Below are positions 27,863 to 40,352 of a stretch of DNA of 64,000 nt, in pieces. The position numbers and the translations under genes are program-made. Numbering within the stretch: the first letter of the stretch is position 1; every line of letters begins with the position of its first letter. This DNA comes from Octopus vulgaris. Its lineage: Eukaryota. Under the pieces are notes generated by a model that was not told the DNA's origin, did no database searches, and worked only from the letters and a program-made list of their open reading frames with translations. The stretch covers positions 74,214,001 to 74,278,000 of the forward strand of contig OX597822.1 in NCBI GenBank assembly GCA_951406725.2, read 5' to 3'.

Positions 27863-28578
27863 ATATATATATATATGGGTTACCATTTACGCAAAATATC
27901 GGTCAGGAATTATTTTTTAAAAAAGCCTTCCCAATGCAGGAAAGCAGCCAGTTCGTGAAATGTTACCTGTCTTCGTGCTGAGTGACGCGGAAGCTGCCAA
28001 ATCATCCGACGAGGAAAAGCTGCCTGCCTTCTCCGTAACCTTCGAAATGCTTGAAATGAAAAGCTTTCAAATTGTGTTCATATCATCGTATATTTTTCCA
28101 GGACTCATTAAATTTGGAAACGAAATTCAACTTAAATTCGAACGCTGATGGCGCTGATGTATCTATCTTGTATCTTTTGTGTTTCACTCACTGGACTTCG
28201 GCCATGCTGTTGCACCGCCTTAAGGGATTCACTTAAACAAATCGACCCCAGTACGTATCTTTTATATTTGGTACTTATTTTATCATCTCTTTTGCCGAAC
28301 CACGATGTTACGACGACGGAAGGGAATCAACACCGGTTGTCAAGAGGTAGGGGAGACAAACGCAAAGACAAAAACGTGTCCCTAACATGTATAAATAAAG
28401 AAGAAATTGGACACATCTTTTCGTGTAGGGGTTTATAAGCTTCTTTTCCCTTGGCTGAGATAACAAAATACTTTGAAAATGCTCTTATTTGATCAATAGG
28501 AACAGATGCAACAATATTTTGCTGAATATGTTAAGTCTAAACTTTGTTTTATGTATATACTTGTTTGTACAAATGGCA

Positions 28579-28649
28579 GCATCGGTGGTTCAGTGGTAGA
28601 ATGCTCGCCTGCCACGCGGGCAACCCGGGTTCGATTCCCGGCCGATGCA
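28579..28649 (+). tRNA. tRNA-Gly(GCC)
   Basis: GCATCGGTGGTTCAGTGGTAGAATGCTCGCCTGCCACGCGGGCAACCCGGGTTCGATTCCCGGCCGATGCA; intact cloverleaf and A/B boxes; variable region CAA versus the usual CGG. Confidence 0.93.
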
Positions 28650-28659
28650 TATTAAAATA

Positions 28660-28668
28660 TTTTTTTTT
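28660..28668 (+). terminator. Pol III oligo-T terminator
   Basis: T-run ~10 nt after the tRNA 3' end. Confidence 0.7.
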
Positions 28669-29050
28669 ATCGTGTTATTTCTTTATTTGTAACGTAGGCG
28701 TGGCTGTATGGTAAGAAGCTTACTTCCGAACATCAAGGTTCCAGTTTCGATGCCACTGCACATAACCTTGGGGGCCGATTGAAACATTGTGAATAATAGA
28801 AAGAAAGTAACCCATATATATATATATATATATATATAGCACGCCGGACGAAATGCTTTGCGGTATTTCGTCAGCCACTACGTTCTGAGTTCAAATTCCG
28901 CCGAGGTCGACTTTGCCTTTCATCCTTTCGGGGTCGATAAATAAAGTACCATTTTCGCACTGGGGTCGATGTAATCGACTTAATCTGTTTGTCTGTCCTT
29001 GTTTGTCCCCTCTGTGTTTAGCCCCTTGTGGGTAGTAAAGAAATATATAT

Positions 29051-29390
29051 GGCGCATGGCTCAGTGGTTAGAGCGTCGAGCATACGATCGTGAGGATGTG
29101 AGCTCGAATCCCGGACTGGGCTGCGTGTTGTGTTCTCGAGCAAGGCACTTTGTTTCACGTTGCTCCAGTTCACTCAGCTGTAGAAATGAGTTGCGACGTC
29201 ACTGTTGCCAAGCTGTATCGACCTTTGTCTTTCCCTTGGATAACACTGGTGGCGTGGAGAGGGGAGGCTGGTATGCATGGGCGACTGCTGGCCTTCCATA
29301 AACAACCTTGCCCGGACTTGTGTCTAGGAGGGTAACTTTCTAGGTGCAATCCCATGGTCATTCATGACCGAAGGGGGTCTTTACCCTTTT
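29051..29390 (+). mobile_element. SINE family D, full length (preceded by SINE A at 28838-29046)
   Basis: GGCGCATGGCTCAGTGGTTAGAGC A box, TCGAATCC B box, CTCGAGCAAGGCACTT CORE-like block. Confidence 0.88.
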
Positions 29391-30238
29391 ATATATATAT
29401 ATATAAATATGTTTATATATATGCATATGTTTTATTTTATTTATTAATATATTATATGACGAAACACACGCATCCCTTTTAAGTAAGATTGTTCTTTATA
29501 TCAAGTTTTGTTCTTGATATTAACTTTGATGCGCACTCTTAACCTTTCTGTCCCATCCCTTTCTCAGCCTTCATTCTTTGATTTCCTTTTCCTCTGCTTA
29601 ACTTGTCTCTTCCTCTCTCTCCCCCTCTCTATTCTTCATGGTTTCTTCGCAGCCATTCCCCTTCTCTCCCTTTCTCTTGCTCCTCCTCCCCTCTCCCGTC
29701 GTTGACCCGCGACGAGACTTCCGTTGCTGTCTTTCTGGCCTGGCCCTCTCAAGGTATGGACGACAATTCTTTTTGCTCCGCTCGTCGTTCATTAAAAAAA
29801 TCCGCGTTCGCAATACTTTTTTTCGTTCGGCGTTAACAGCCCTTCTTATCTTGCTTTCCTTGTCCTGTCTTTTACTGTTTATAATTTGTACTGTCGTTAC
29901 TGTCCTGTTTTTGTCACCATTTTTTACCCCTCTGCGAAAAGATCTCAGAATTTTAATTGATTTGCTTTTCGCAAGAAGGAAAGTTTCTTGTCGAAGATAC
30001 GTCTCGCTTTCACCTTCGAAACGTAGAGTAGATGAAAACATAGCGACTGAAGAAGGGTTTTTTTCTTTGTGTTAATTGTCCTGTACTCTATTTTTTTGTT
30101 GTTTAAAAAAATATCCAGTTCCTTTGGTTTGTGTCTATGTTTTCGTTTTTCATTGTGTTCGACGTCCTTTTTGGTGTCCTGTACTCATATATGCGTGTAT
30201 ATGTACATGTAGAGGTAGGTACGTACATATATGTTTAT

Positions 30239-30696
30239 GGCACTGTCATGCCTTTGGTTGTCAGAAGTAAAAGTAGTCAACTTCGTGTATTTCCGTCAGG
30301 TTTATACCTTCGTTAAGTTACGCCGTTTATTTACGTACCACCACACTGTTAGGTTTATAAAACAATTGAAGTTCAGTTTAAAGTTTATAAATAAATACAT
30401 TTCATTCCATGTTCTGTTTAAACTTTATAAATAAATATATTCTTGCATTATTCATTATTGTTTTTAAAAAAGAAATCACACCAAATCTGCACAAATGACC
30501 ACCACCACCGCAATCACATACACCAATCATACACACGTGTGTGTGTATATGTGGCTATATGTCTGACTAATGTGTGTGTGTCTGTATTTATTGTATGTGT
30601 GTATAAGTAGTTATATGCTTATATTATCCATTATAGTAATATTTTTCTGTTGAAATCCGTTTTAAGGCGGTCAATAGTTTAATTAAAGATGTGTCT

Positions 30697-30748
<52 letters not shown>

Positions 30749-30985
30749 GTGTATACATATATATATATATATATATATATATGTGTATACATATATATAC
30801 ACATGTGTATACATTACACATGAAATGTATTTATTTATAAACTTTAAACTGAACTTCAATTGTTTATAAACCTAACAGTGTGGTGGTACGTAAATAAACG
30901 GCGTAAATTAACGAAGGTATAAACCTGACGGAAATACACGAAGTTGACTACTTTCACTTCTGACAACCAAAGGCATGACAGTGCC
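30239..30985. mobile_element. MITE with ~166-bp TIRs and 8-bp TSD (Merlin- or MULE-like)
   Basis: TIRs 30239-30405 / 30820-30985 starting GGCACTGTCATGCC; TSD ATGTTTAT at 30231-30238 and 30986-30993. Confidence 0.88.
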
Positions 30986-31018
30986 ATGTTTATATATATG
31001 CATGTTTTATTTTATTTA

Positions 31019-31079
<61 letters not shown>

Positions 31080-31242
31080 GACGACGACTTTCTTTCTATT
31101 ATTCACAATGTTTCAGTCGGCCCCCAAGGTTATGTACAGTGGCATCGAAACTAGAACCATGATGTTCGGAAGTAAGCTTCTTACCATACAGCCATGCCTA
31201 CAAATAAAGGAATAACACGATAAAAAAAAAGAAATTTTAATA

Positions 31243-31296
31243 TGCATCGGCCGGGAATCGAACCCGGGTTGCCCGCGAGCATTCTACCACCGATGC
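31243..31296 (-). pseudogene. tRNA-Gly pseudogene within an inverted duplication (31087-31304 mirrors 28571-28808)
   Basis: identical to 28579-28649 except for 8-bp and 9-bp deletions removing part of the D arm and the anticodon. Confidence 0.92.
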
Positions 31297-31300
31297 TGCC

Positions 31301-31382
<82 letters not shown>

Positions 31383-31978
31383 GTGTTCGCGTGTGAGTAT
31401 GTGTGTGTGTCTGCGTGTTTTCTCCATCACCGCTTGACAACTGGTGTTAATGTTTATGTACCTGGTATACATATCCATGACCTAACGGTTCGGCAAAATA
31501 AGTCCCAAACTTTAAAAATATTAATATTGTCGTTGATTCATTCATCTAGAAAATTCTTCAAAGCGGTGCCACAACATGGCCGCAATCCAATGACTGAAAC
31601 AACTAAAAAAAAAGAGATTAACCATAAATAGAGCTGAGGGCCAGACTAGACATTGTCGTGGGTCATATGTTTCATATTCTTGGTAGAGAAGTTCCTTTAG
31701 TAAGTTATTGTTGTTGTATTGTTGTGTCAATTGTTTACGCTGATGTTGCTGCTATTGTGTTTTCATGGGTACACCGTATTTCTAGAAAACTAGACATAAG
31801 TTTCATAAGGTACAAAATATAAATATCCACACTACCACACTTGGAACGTACCTGTTATAACTCTTTATCTCGAACTGAATGTACGTGAAGGTATTTAGAA
31901 TGCCCAAACTTATTTCTGCAAATGTGCTAAGCACTGATGCTGATCATAGTTTAATCAATAGGCGAAGGAGCGAGGTAA

Positions 31979-32210
31979 ATGCAGTAAAAATAGGAGCAGG
32001 GGCAGTGGGGCCCCATTTAAGCGGTCCTTCAGTAATTGAACACCCTTACGATACTTCCTGGGAGTTCATGGTATGAAATTCATTGTCATTGCTCTGATTT
32101 GATCGCCAATGCCATTTAAGATGCAGTAAAAATATGGGGAGGGGGTCAGTGAGGCCCCAATTAGGCGTCCCTTAAAAAATGGACCGCCCTTAGGAAATTC
32201 TCTGGGATTA
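31979..32210. repeat. diverged tandem duplication (~140-bp period) upstream of U6
   Basis: ATGCAGTAAAAATA..CAGTG.GGCCCCA.TTA.GCG at ~31979 and ~32121. Confidence 0.7.
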
Positions 32211-32314
32211 GGGGAGTTGCTGGTTTGATTTTCGTTGGCCTTGCCACCAACGGTCTATGAGGAGTTAACGAATATAAAAACGTAACGGGCAGAGAAACAT
32301 CACTCAAACTTATA

Positions 32315-32417
32315 GTATTTGCTACGGCGGTACATATTATAAAATTGGAACGATACAGAGATTAGCATGGCCCTTGCGCAAGGATGACTCGCAAATTCGT
32401 GAAGCGTTCCATATTTT
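32315..32417 (+). pseudogene. U6: U6 snRNA copy, probable pseudogene
   Basis: AAAATTGGAACGATACAGAG-ATTAGCATGGCCCTTGCGCAAGGATGACTCGCAAATTCGTGAAGCGTTCCATATTTT; 3-nt deletion after the ACAGAG box plus several substitutions. Confidence 0.92.
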
Positions 32418-32587
32418 CTTAACCGATGCTGGTATGTTTACGTCCACGTAACTTAGCGGTTCGGCAAAGGAGACAGATAGAATAAGTACTAGGCTTACAC
32501 AGAATAAGTCCTGGGGTCGATTTGCTCGACTAAAGGCGGTACTCCAGCATGGCCACAGTCAAATGACTGAAACAAGTAAAAGAGTAA
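32418..32587 (+). mobile_element. 3' half of SINE family B fused to U6
   Basis: AACCGATGCTGGT..GACTGAAACAAGTAAAAGAG. Confidence 0.9.
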
Positions 32588-32589
32588 TA

Positions 32590-32675
<86 letters not shown>

Positions 32676-33234
32676 TGTACCATGTGTTCTTATTTTTTCC
32701 AAGATGTAATTTTGAGAGAGTAGGGTACTATTTCAAGGAAACCGTGCGACCACTCAGTCGATCATGCTATTTTTGTGGAATCTGTTGATCCTGCTCCAAG
32801 TCAACATCGATCCAGCAACGCACAGATTCAAAAATGCTCCTTTTATCAACATCCCGCCTCACGCAGTTTCTTTCGAACTGCGTTATCAAATGCGCGCTTT
32901 TCTGTTCATATTATTACGAAAACTGCAGGATTTGTTTCTATTGAAATTTGACTGTTATCTCTTGCCGGGCGTTGTCGTCAACGTTGGCTCGTGTCAAAGG
33001 AATATAACGGTTATTCAAGAAACAATAGAAATAAAATGGGCGGGTTTCGCTCATCACGCAACAATGATAACAAAATATAAAATACGATAGAACCAATAAC
33101 ACAATAACAATAACTTAGTTCCATCGTTGAAAAACGAAATAAATCCACGCCACTGAAACTGTTTCGAGCCCCAGGGGCAGCGCTGAATTAAACATGAAGC
33201 AAAATATGCACGTGCATAGGGTATCAAACGTGAA

Positions 33235-33528
33235 GGTGCATGGCTCTGTGGTTAGTACGTTGGGCAAACAGTCATGAGGTAATGAGTTCGATTCCCGGGC
33301 CAAGCTGTGCGTTGTGTTCTTGAGCAAGACACTTTATTTCACGTTGCTCCAGTTCACTCAGCTGTAGAAATGAGTTGTGGCGTCACTGGTGCCAAGCTGT
33401 ATCGGCCTTTGCCTTTCCCTTGGATAACATCGGTGGCGTGGAGAGGGGAGACTGGCATGCATGGGTGACTGCTGGTCTCGCACAAACAACTTTTCCCGGA
33501 CTTGTGCCTCTGAGGAGAACTTTCTAGT
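33235..33528 (+). mobile_element. SINE family D
   Basis: colinear with 29051-29390. Confidence 0.85.
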
Positions 33529-33599
33529 TACATTCTAATCTTGCTAAAATAATATTCGAACTGGCTTATATGATCAGAACATAATTTCGAAGTGTTCAT

Positions 33600-34470
33600 A
33601 GTGCCATAGTGATGATCTTATCAAAGACTTTGCAATTATGAAAACCAGGAGAAAACGTTTCAAATATAAGTAAAATGGAAATATACAAAAATAAGCATTA
33701 TTTCCTACCTTACTCTTGTATTTGCCTCATTTTGAAAAATAAAAATATTTTTTATGATTTATTATTGTTTATATTTTGAATTGTGGAAGCGCAATGGCCC
33801 AGTGGTAAGGGCAGCGGACTCGCGGTTAGAGGATGGCGGTTTCGATTCCCAGACCGGGCGTTGTGTGTGTTTATTGAGCGAAATCACCTAAAACTCCACA
33901 AGGCTCCGGCAGGAGATGGTGGCGACCCCTGTTGTACTCTTTCGCCACAACTTTCTCTCATTCTCTCTTCCTGTTTCTTGAGTAACGCTGCGATGGACTG
34001 GCGTCCCGTTCAGCTGGGGGGAACACATACGCCACAGAAACCGGGGAACCGGGCCCATGAGTCTGGCTAGGCTTTAAAAGGGCGACAAAGATATTTTGAA
34101 TTACAATATATATGGGGGCACCTATATCTCTTAAGTGCTTAGGCCCTCTATGAGCCTTAATCCAGCCTTGGAAAGGCCACATTAGATAATTTAGGCATAC
34201 AAAGTAAATGTGTTATGTCAGATTAATTTTGAAGATTTGATCAAAGACTCTGCAAGCAAAAAAAGTACCAGAAAATTTTTCAAATATAAATAAAGTGAAA
34301 ATATACACAAAGTAAACATTGTTTTCCATCTTACTCTTAGCTTTGTTTCATTTTGAAAAATAAAAATTTATTTTATGGCTTATTATTGTTTACATTTTGA
34401 ATTCCATATACATGAGAGTACCAAAATCTTCTAAGTGATTGGGGCCTCTACGAGCCTTAATACGCTCCTG
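33600..34470 (+). mobile_element. two tandem hAT-like transposon 3' ends
   Basis: INFEDLIKDSASKK resembles a hAT transposase C-terminus; both copies end GCCTTAAT.C...C.TG (34170, 34470). Confidence 0.6.
33783..34090 (+). mobile_element. SINE family C head with V-domain-like tail, 12-bp TSD
   Basis: CTGCGATGGACTGGCGTCCCGT block; TSD ATATTTTGAATT at 33771-33782 and 34091-34102. Confidence 0.9.
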
Positions 34471-34973
34471 TCCAGGCAGTTTATATCTCTTAGCTTGTTC
34501 TCCGGACATTTCTTTCCAAATAAAATTGTTGTCCCGTTTAATTCAGAATGTTTTTTCCTCAATCTTTCTAGAACAATCTTTCTAGTGGTATGTTACAAAG
34601 ATTGCAGAGAGGGTATTGTCATTTTTTTCCCCTTTCAATTCAATAATAACTCCCGGTTGTCACTACCAATCGAGGATTACTAGATATTAACATTTAATTT
34701 GATCGCTCATGCGTTTCGATACGTTAAATATACACGTGAAAATTATGGAAGGTTGGCTGCTTTTATATTCATTACCCGCTTTGTTTATATTCAGTCTTCC
34801 TTGTAATTACATCATCAATAACTCCTGATATGGGTTAAGTGGAACCTGCCATACGACAATAAGTTTCATATTCAAATATATTTGTTTCTTCAATAATTTC
34901 CATCATTTCTCCTCTCGCTGATGAATGCGTGTAGTACACACGATACCTCCAGACACCAACAATTTACATATTC

Positions 34974-35018
<45 letters not shown>

Positions 35019-35245
35019 GATATGTATATATATATACATACATGCTTATATACATATAGATCGCCATGATAGAGCGTTAACCACTAAACCTTTTTCTATT
35101 TTCTCTCCCTGTTTATTTCTGTGTTCCTTTCGGTCGAAGAGCGTAGGCTCGAAACGTAAAAGACTTTCTCACTTCCCGGGCGTTAAATTAATACATCTGA
35201 TCGTTGTTCACACACCCGTCTTCGTCTTTTATTGTTTGTGAATTC

Positions 35246-35296
<51 letters not shown>

Positions 35297-35388
35297 AATA
35301 TTAGGGAATAAATCCAAATTTACAGGGAAAAAAATCAGATTTAGGATTAAATCCAATTTTATAGTAAAATAGAAACTGACTTATTGAA

Positions 35389-35434
35389 GTCAACCTGAAG
35401 ATTGTCGATCAAGACAAGAAACGATTGTAGTGGC
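35389..35434 (+). ncRNA. minimal type-I hammerhead motif
   Basis: GUCAAC-CUGAAGA-UUGUC GAUCAA GACAA-GAAA-CGAUUG-UA-GUGGC inside a (TA)n-flanked module (35293-35528). Confidence 0.7.
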
Positions 35435-35520
35435 GGTGTTTTTGACTATTTATTAAAATTTTATGTATTGATTAAGTCTTTCCTTGTTTGTTTTGCAAAA
35501 TAGTGGTTTTGTCTCTAATA

Positions 35521-35551
<31 letters not shown>

Positions 35552-35912
35552 TGGAAGGTTTGGAGATGATGTACAGGTATTTTATAAGTTATATGATGTA
35601 TAAAAGCATGTAATATACAAATAAATATCTGTAAATATAAAACCATCCGAATTTCTGAGTACCTCATTTCTTTTATAATATATATATATATACATAATTT
35701 TTACAAGCAAAGGTGTGTCAGAGACTTATAAGTTTCGGCCTACTATCCTTCGTCGAGCGGCATTCATATATTGACGAAGGCTTGCAGGTGGAAACTTCGA
35801 AGTCATTGTTTTCTAGTAAAAGTTTAATAAATGTGTACTCTACTATAAATTATTGTGTAAACATCTAGTTCATTGTTAATTTTTTTTATTATAACGTGAC
35901 ATAAAAACAAAC

Positions 35913-35981
<69 letters not shown>

Positions 35982-36123
35982 ACAGATACATAAATACATG
36001 CGCCCACACACGCGCACATGCGCACACGCACACACACACACACACACACACATACAGACATATATATATATAACTTATTGTTAGCAAAAGTCGGTATGCG
36101 TAACGTTCAGTTACTCAATAGAT

Positions 36124-36305
36124 ATAAGATGCATTAAATACTACAAAACCTACACATAGGACAGACACAGACGGCCCCTCATTTTTCATCTGTTATCAAC
36201 CGAAATGCTAATACACCGATAGCATTTCGGTTGATAACAGATGCAGAATTAGGGTCCGCAAGTGTCTGTCCTATGTGTACGTTTTTTTAGTATTTAATGC
36301 ATTTA

Positions 36306-36306
<1 letters not shown>
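36124..36306. repeat. long hairpin, ~87-bp arms and 9-nt loop
   Basis: perfect inner stem CATCTGTTATCAACCGAAATGCTA / TAGCATTTCGGTTGATAACAGATG. Confidence 0.92.
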
Positions 36307-36378
<72 letters not shown>

Positions 36379-36757
36379 ATCAGTCGGAGTTGAGAAGGTC
36401 TTGATTGCATCTACCAACTTCTGGTTACAAACAGTGTTACAAACCATCTCTAATCTCATGGCTGGACTTAGCAGTGCATCCAGGTTGTGACAAAACAACT
36501 GGAAAGCGACAGAGCTGTACCAGTAATAAGTTGGTATTCATTTCAGGTGGCTTAGCAGACTGCAGCAACGGGATATGTAGTGCCTGGTTCATGAATACAA
36601 CCCACCTTCTTTCTCGGGAATCAAACTTGCGACTTCACAATTGTTAGCCCCAAACGCTATGTACTAGACCTCGCTCTCTCTCACTCACACACGCACATAC
36701 ACACATACATGTATGCGCTTATTATTTTAAAGCGAATTTATATATAAATGTGTGTGT

Positions 36758-36835
<78 letters not shown>

Positions 36836-38712
36836 AATTGAAATGGATCATGGAAATGATTAAAGGAAAAGGACGAATGAGCAAATAAACATAGAAACGG
36901 TTTCATCAGCCATGAAGACCAGACTCAAGCGTAGTTTCGGAACACTTAAAATCATGCATTTCATTTATTCTTAGCTCTAAATCACTCCAGAAAAATCGAC
37001 ACGTATTGCAAAGTGATACAGTTTAATTTAATCAATAAGACAAAAATATATATATCCTGGATGAGTCGACTGATGAATATTTAAGCAAAAAGATATCAAC
37101 AGAAATTTCCATACAAATTTAAATTAATGTTGTAACCGAATGAGCTAAAATTGAATACATCAAAATGTTTAGCTTTATGCCGTTTGTCTACCCATATTAC
37201 CTAAGAAAAAATAGGGCTAAAGTTCAACCATCACCAGTAACATTTACAGCGCTTAGTGGTAATCTAGACCGCGAAACTTATGTAGAGTACAAAAATTAAA
37301 TAGATTATGAATATCCACCATCTGCATTCTCAGCCATTTATTTTAACATATACTTACAGGGTACTGATCAATCACAAGTTTGACTAGAAGTCACTTGAAT
37401 TAAGGGACGCTCTTTAACACCGAACGTGGATCCACGAGTTTCTGAAGAAAACTTAGCCATACAGTAAATCCTGCATTCAGTTTCTTAACGAAGTTTGGCT
37501 GGCGACTATCTACGCACGTTTCATGCACCAATTAGTTTAGTTGATGTGAAGAAAGGAAAATAAATAAACAACTACTAAATCGGAGTTCATGTTCTTCGGA
37601 ATGCGAAATGATCTGATAACAATTTAAGTATAATCTCCATTGCGTCTTTACAAAATCTCCAGAGGCAAGCTCCTTCAAACTTTTGTAGGGAGATGTTACC
37701 GCTGTTACACTAAAAGTTTATCTTTGATTCTACAGAGAAAACATTAAAATTCCTTCCTACCCAGCACAATTTCAACTCAGTCGTCAACTGGGAGACGAAA
37801 TAGATTTTTATTATTGATGTTATTTTTATTTAGATCCCTGTCAGCTCTGGTTCAGCAGAATCGTGATGTGAACCACAAATACATTCTGTCACGTAAGCCA
37901 TAACACCGCCTGTTGTGCAGCTTCGACATGCAGTAGTTTACCATGTGGTGTTTTATATAACAGTCAGTGCATATTATTTTTTCATTATTCTTCTGTCTGT
38001 TTTAGGTTGTCAGTAATTCTAATGGTGATTTCAGGAAATACGGACGAGGTGAACCCGGTTAAAGCACGCCTGTGGTTCTTCTATTGTTAATAGCGGAATG
38101 CATTCTGGGGACAATGTCAACGGCGAGTGAAGCCATGGATGCTGCAAGCATTTTTCTGTAATGTTTATTTTTTCCTGTCTTTGTTGGAACTATTCAGGGA
38201 AGACAGTAGTGTTGATGCTGTGTATCTCCAGATCAGTCCTAATGGATAAGTCCCAGGTAATCGACCGAACGACAAAGCACGACCCACATATGAATATTCC
38301 AAGTTATTCCATGTCTCAGACGGGTTAAGGACTATATCACATTCACCGACATACAGCGATGAGCAGCTTCGGTTGCAGTGTGAATATATTGTATTCTATC
38401 TTTTGCCCAATCTATACAAAATCACAAAAGAACGAAGTGAATTCGGTCAAAGCAAATCAAATATGAACCCAAACCCAGCAGCAATGAAACATCTAATGAT
38501 TTCGGGATTTTTATTCTTATCTTTATTTTTTTTTTCTATCTTTTACTTGTTTCAGTCAATAGACTGTGGCCATGCTAGAACAACGCCTTGAAGAATGAAT
38601 CGATCCCAGCATTTATTTTTTTCAAGCTAGCTACTTATTCTATCGGTCTTTTTTTGCCGAACGGCTGGGCAGTGGTGGGGAACAAACACAGACACGCACG
38701 TGCACACACACA

Positions 38713-38745
<33 letters not shown>

Positions 38746-38951
38746 TTAAATAAGTATTAGAAGAAACAGCTCGAGGTGTGTAAACGAAATCTAACACACA
38801 TACACAAGGTATGTATATTATTAGTCTGTCAGGCGGCTGCGTTATTCTTTTTCCATACGTAAAGGAATATATTCTCAATGCCCTTGGTGTAAAACACCTG
38901 AAAGTAAGTTACAGACAAGCGAGACAACTCACATCAAATCCCTTTCTCGGA

Positions 38952-38996
38952 GTGACAGACAGATGTTTCGTCATCATTTTGGCTTATCAATCCCAC
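38952..38996 (-). ncRNA. hammerhead-like motif with U3:A8 core (second copy at 51426-51472)
   Basis: GUGGGA-UUGAUAA-GCCA AAAUGA UGAC-GAAA-CAUCUG-UC-UGUCAC. Confidence 0.55.
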
Positions 38997-40319
38997 ATAC
39001 GTAAGACGGTTTGCCGCAAGCTATCTCATCGGCTATGACTATATACTAAATGATTAAAGAACCATCTGCAGGCATGAATATTTTAATCAAACACTGCTTC
39101 TGCTGCATGTAACGGATAACAATCCTGTTTGTCGTATAAATAAGACCACATTATCCAACATGTTCTTTCGTTTTCAAGGCTGATACATGTGATTTGAGAG
39201 ACACAATGTTGCAACTTTTAACAGATCGAGCGCCTATGAAGAGATTCATTCAAGGCAATATACGCAAAGGGGGGCTAATAAGCTGAGTACGCTGCATTAT
39301 GCCATTTTATCTCAGCTACCACTTCAGATTCTACCTGGCTGGACTTAGCTTTTCATATCTCTTCGATGATATAAGTACAAATAATATACAAATGTTGACA
39401 ACATTTACTTTACCCATTTTATCTTCATATGAATTTAAAGCAGATTTTTGCAGGCGCATGAGATACTCTCTCGCATAACACGCACCCCTTTTCATTTAGA
39501 TAATTGATATAATTTTCATTGAAATAATTTTATAATATTTCTTAAAGGTAACACAGTCATTGGGCAATGTAAGAGAGATATCAGATATGGATTAAGTATG
39601 CTGGGAAAGAAAGTATAATGAGATGATGGACTCTCCCCACATAACCGCCGATGTACCGCAAGCAACTTTTCGTAAGCTTGTGATAAGAGACTGTGATATT
39701 TCAGCTTGTTTTCAATATTCTATTATTAGCAACAATTATTGCTCCCAGTGGACTTATGCTTATCCGGCTACTTGCAGCACTCGGTCTCCCTTTTTAAAGA
39801 CGATAGGGAGCTGTTGCAGCTATGTCTAGGAGAATAAATAACCACGCAGAGGCGGCATTAGACGTAGGGCTGTTTTCTTGATACATTAGTAATTTTTAAA
39901 AATTTATAATAAAGCGCGTCTTACACGCCAGCGAATACGGTAATCAACATAAGCGCCAAGCGACACCGATGCAGGAGTGATTTCAAATACAGAAATACTG
40001 GCAATATGAATAATTGTTTCTCTAGTTACCGATGCACTTAGCTCGTATTTTGTAGGTAACAATCCAGTGAGGGAACCTCTACGTGGCTATTCAATCTCTT
40101 GGAAGTAGCAGTAACGGCTCCGTATCGTCTATAAAATAGAATAACGCATTAGATGAATAAATCATTTAAGTACTCTATAGAAATGTTATCTGTAATTTGT
40201 TTCAGTCATTAGAGTACAGCTATGCAGGGCATGACCTTGGAGAATATAGTCGAACTAATTGACCTTTTTTGCAAACAAAGCAACACCGGTTTTCAAACGC
40301 ACACACTCACGCATACACC

Positions 40320-40351
<32 letters not shown>

Positions 40352-40352
40352 A

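Noticed and set aside
29051-29125. SINE heads as tRNA genes
   Set aside because: A/B boxes are present but the acceptor stem does not close, and the sequence continues into a multi-copy SINE body.
29598-30075. Overlapping 147- and 145-aa ORFs
   Set aside because: Pyrimidine/purine-skewed repeat sequence with no domain similarity.
30016-30090. CUGA(A/U)GA-AGG motif family (also minus strand at ~19470 and ~43605) as hammerheads
   Set aside because: No downstream GAAA, and the permuted (type II) parse does not close helix I; retained only as a probable PLE-terminal repeat family.
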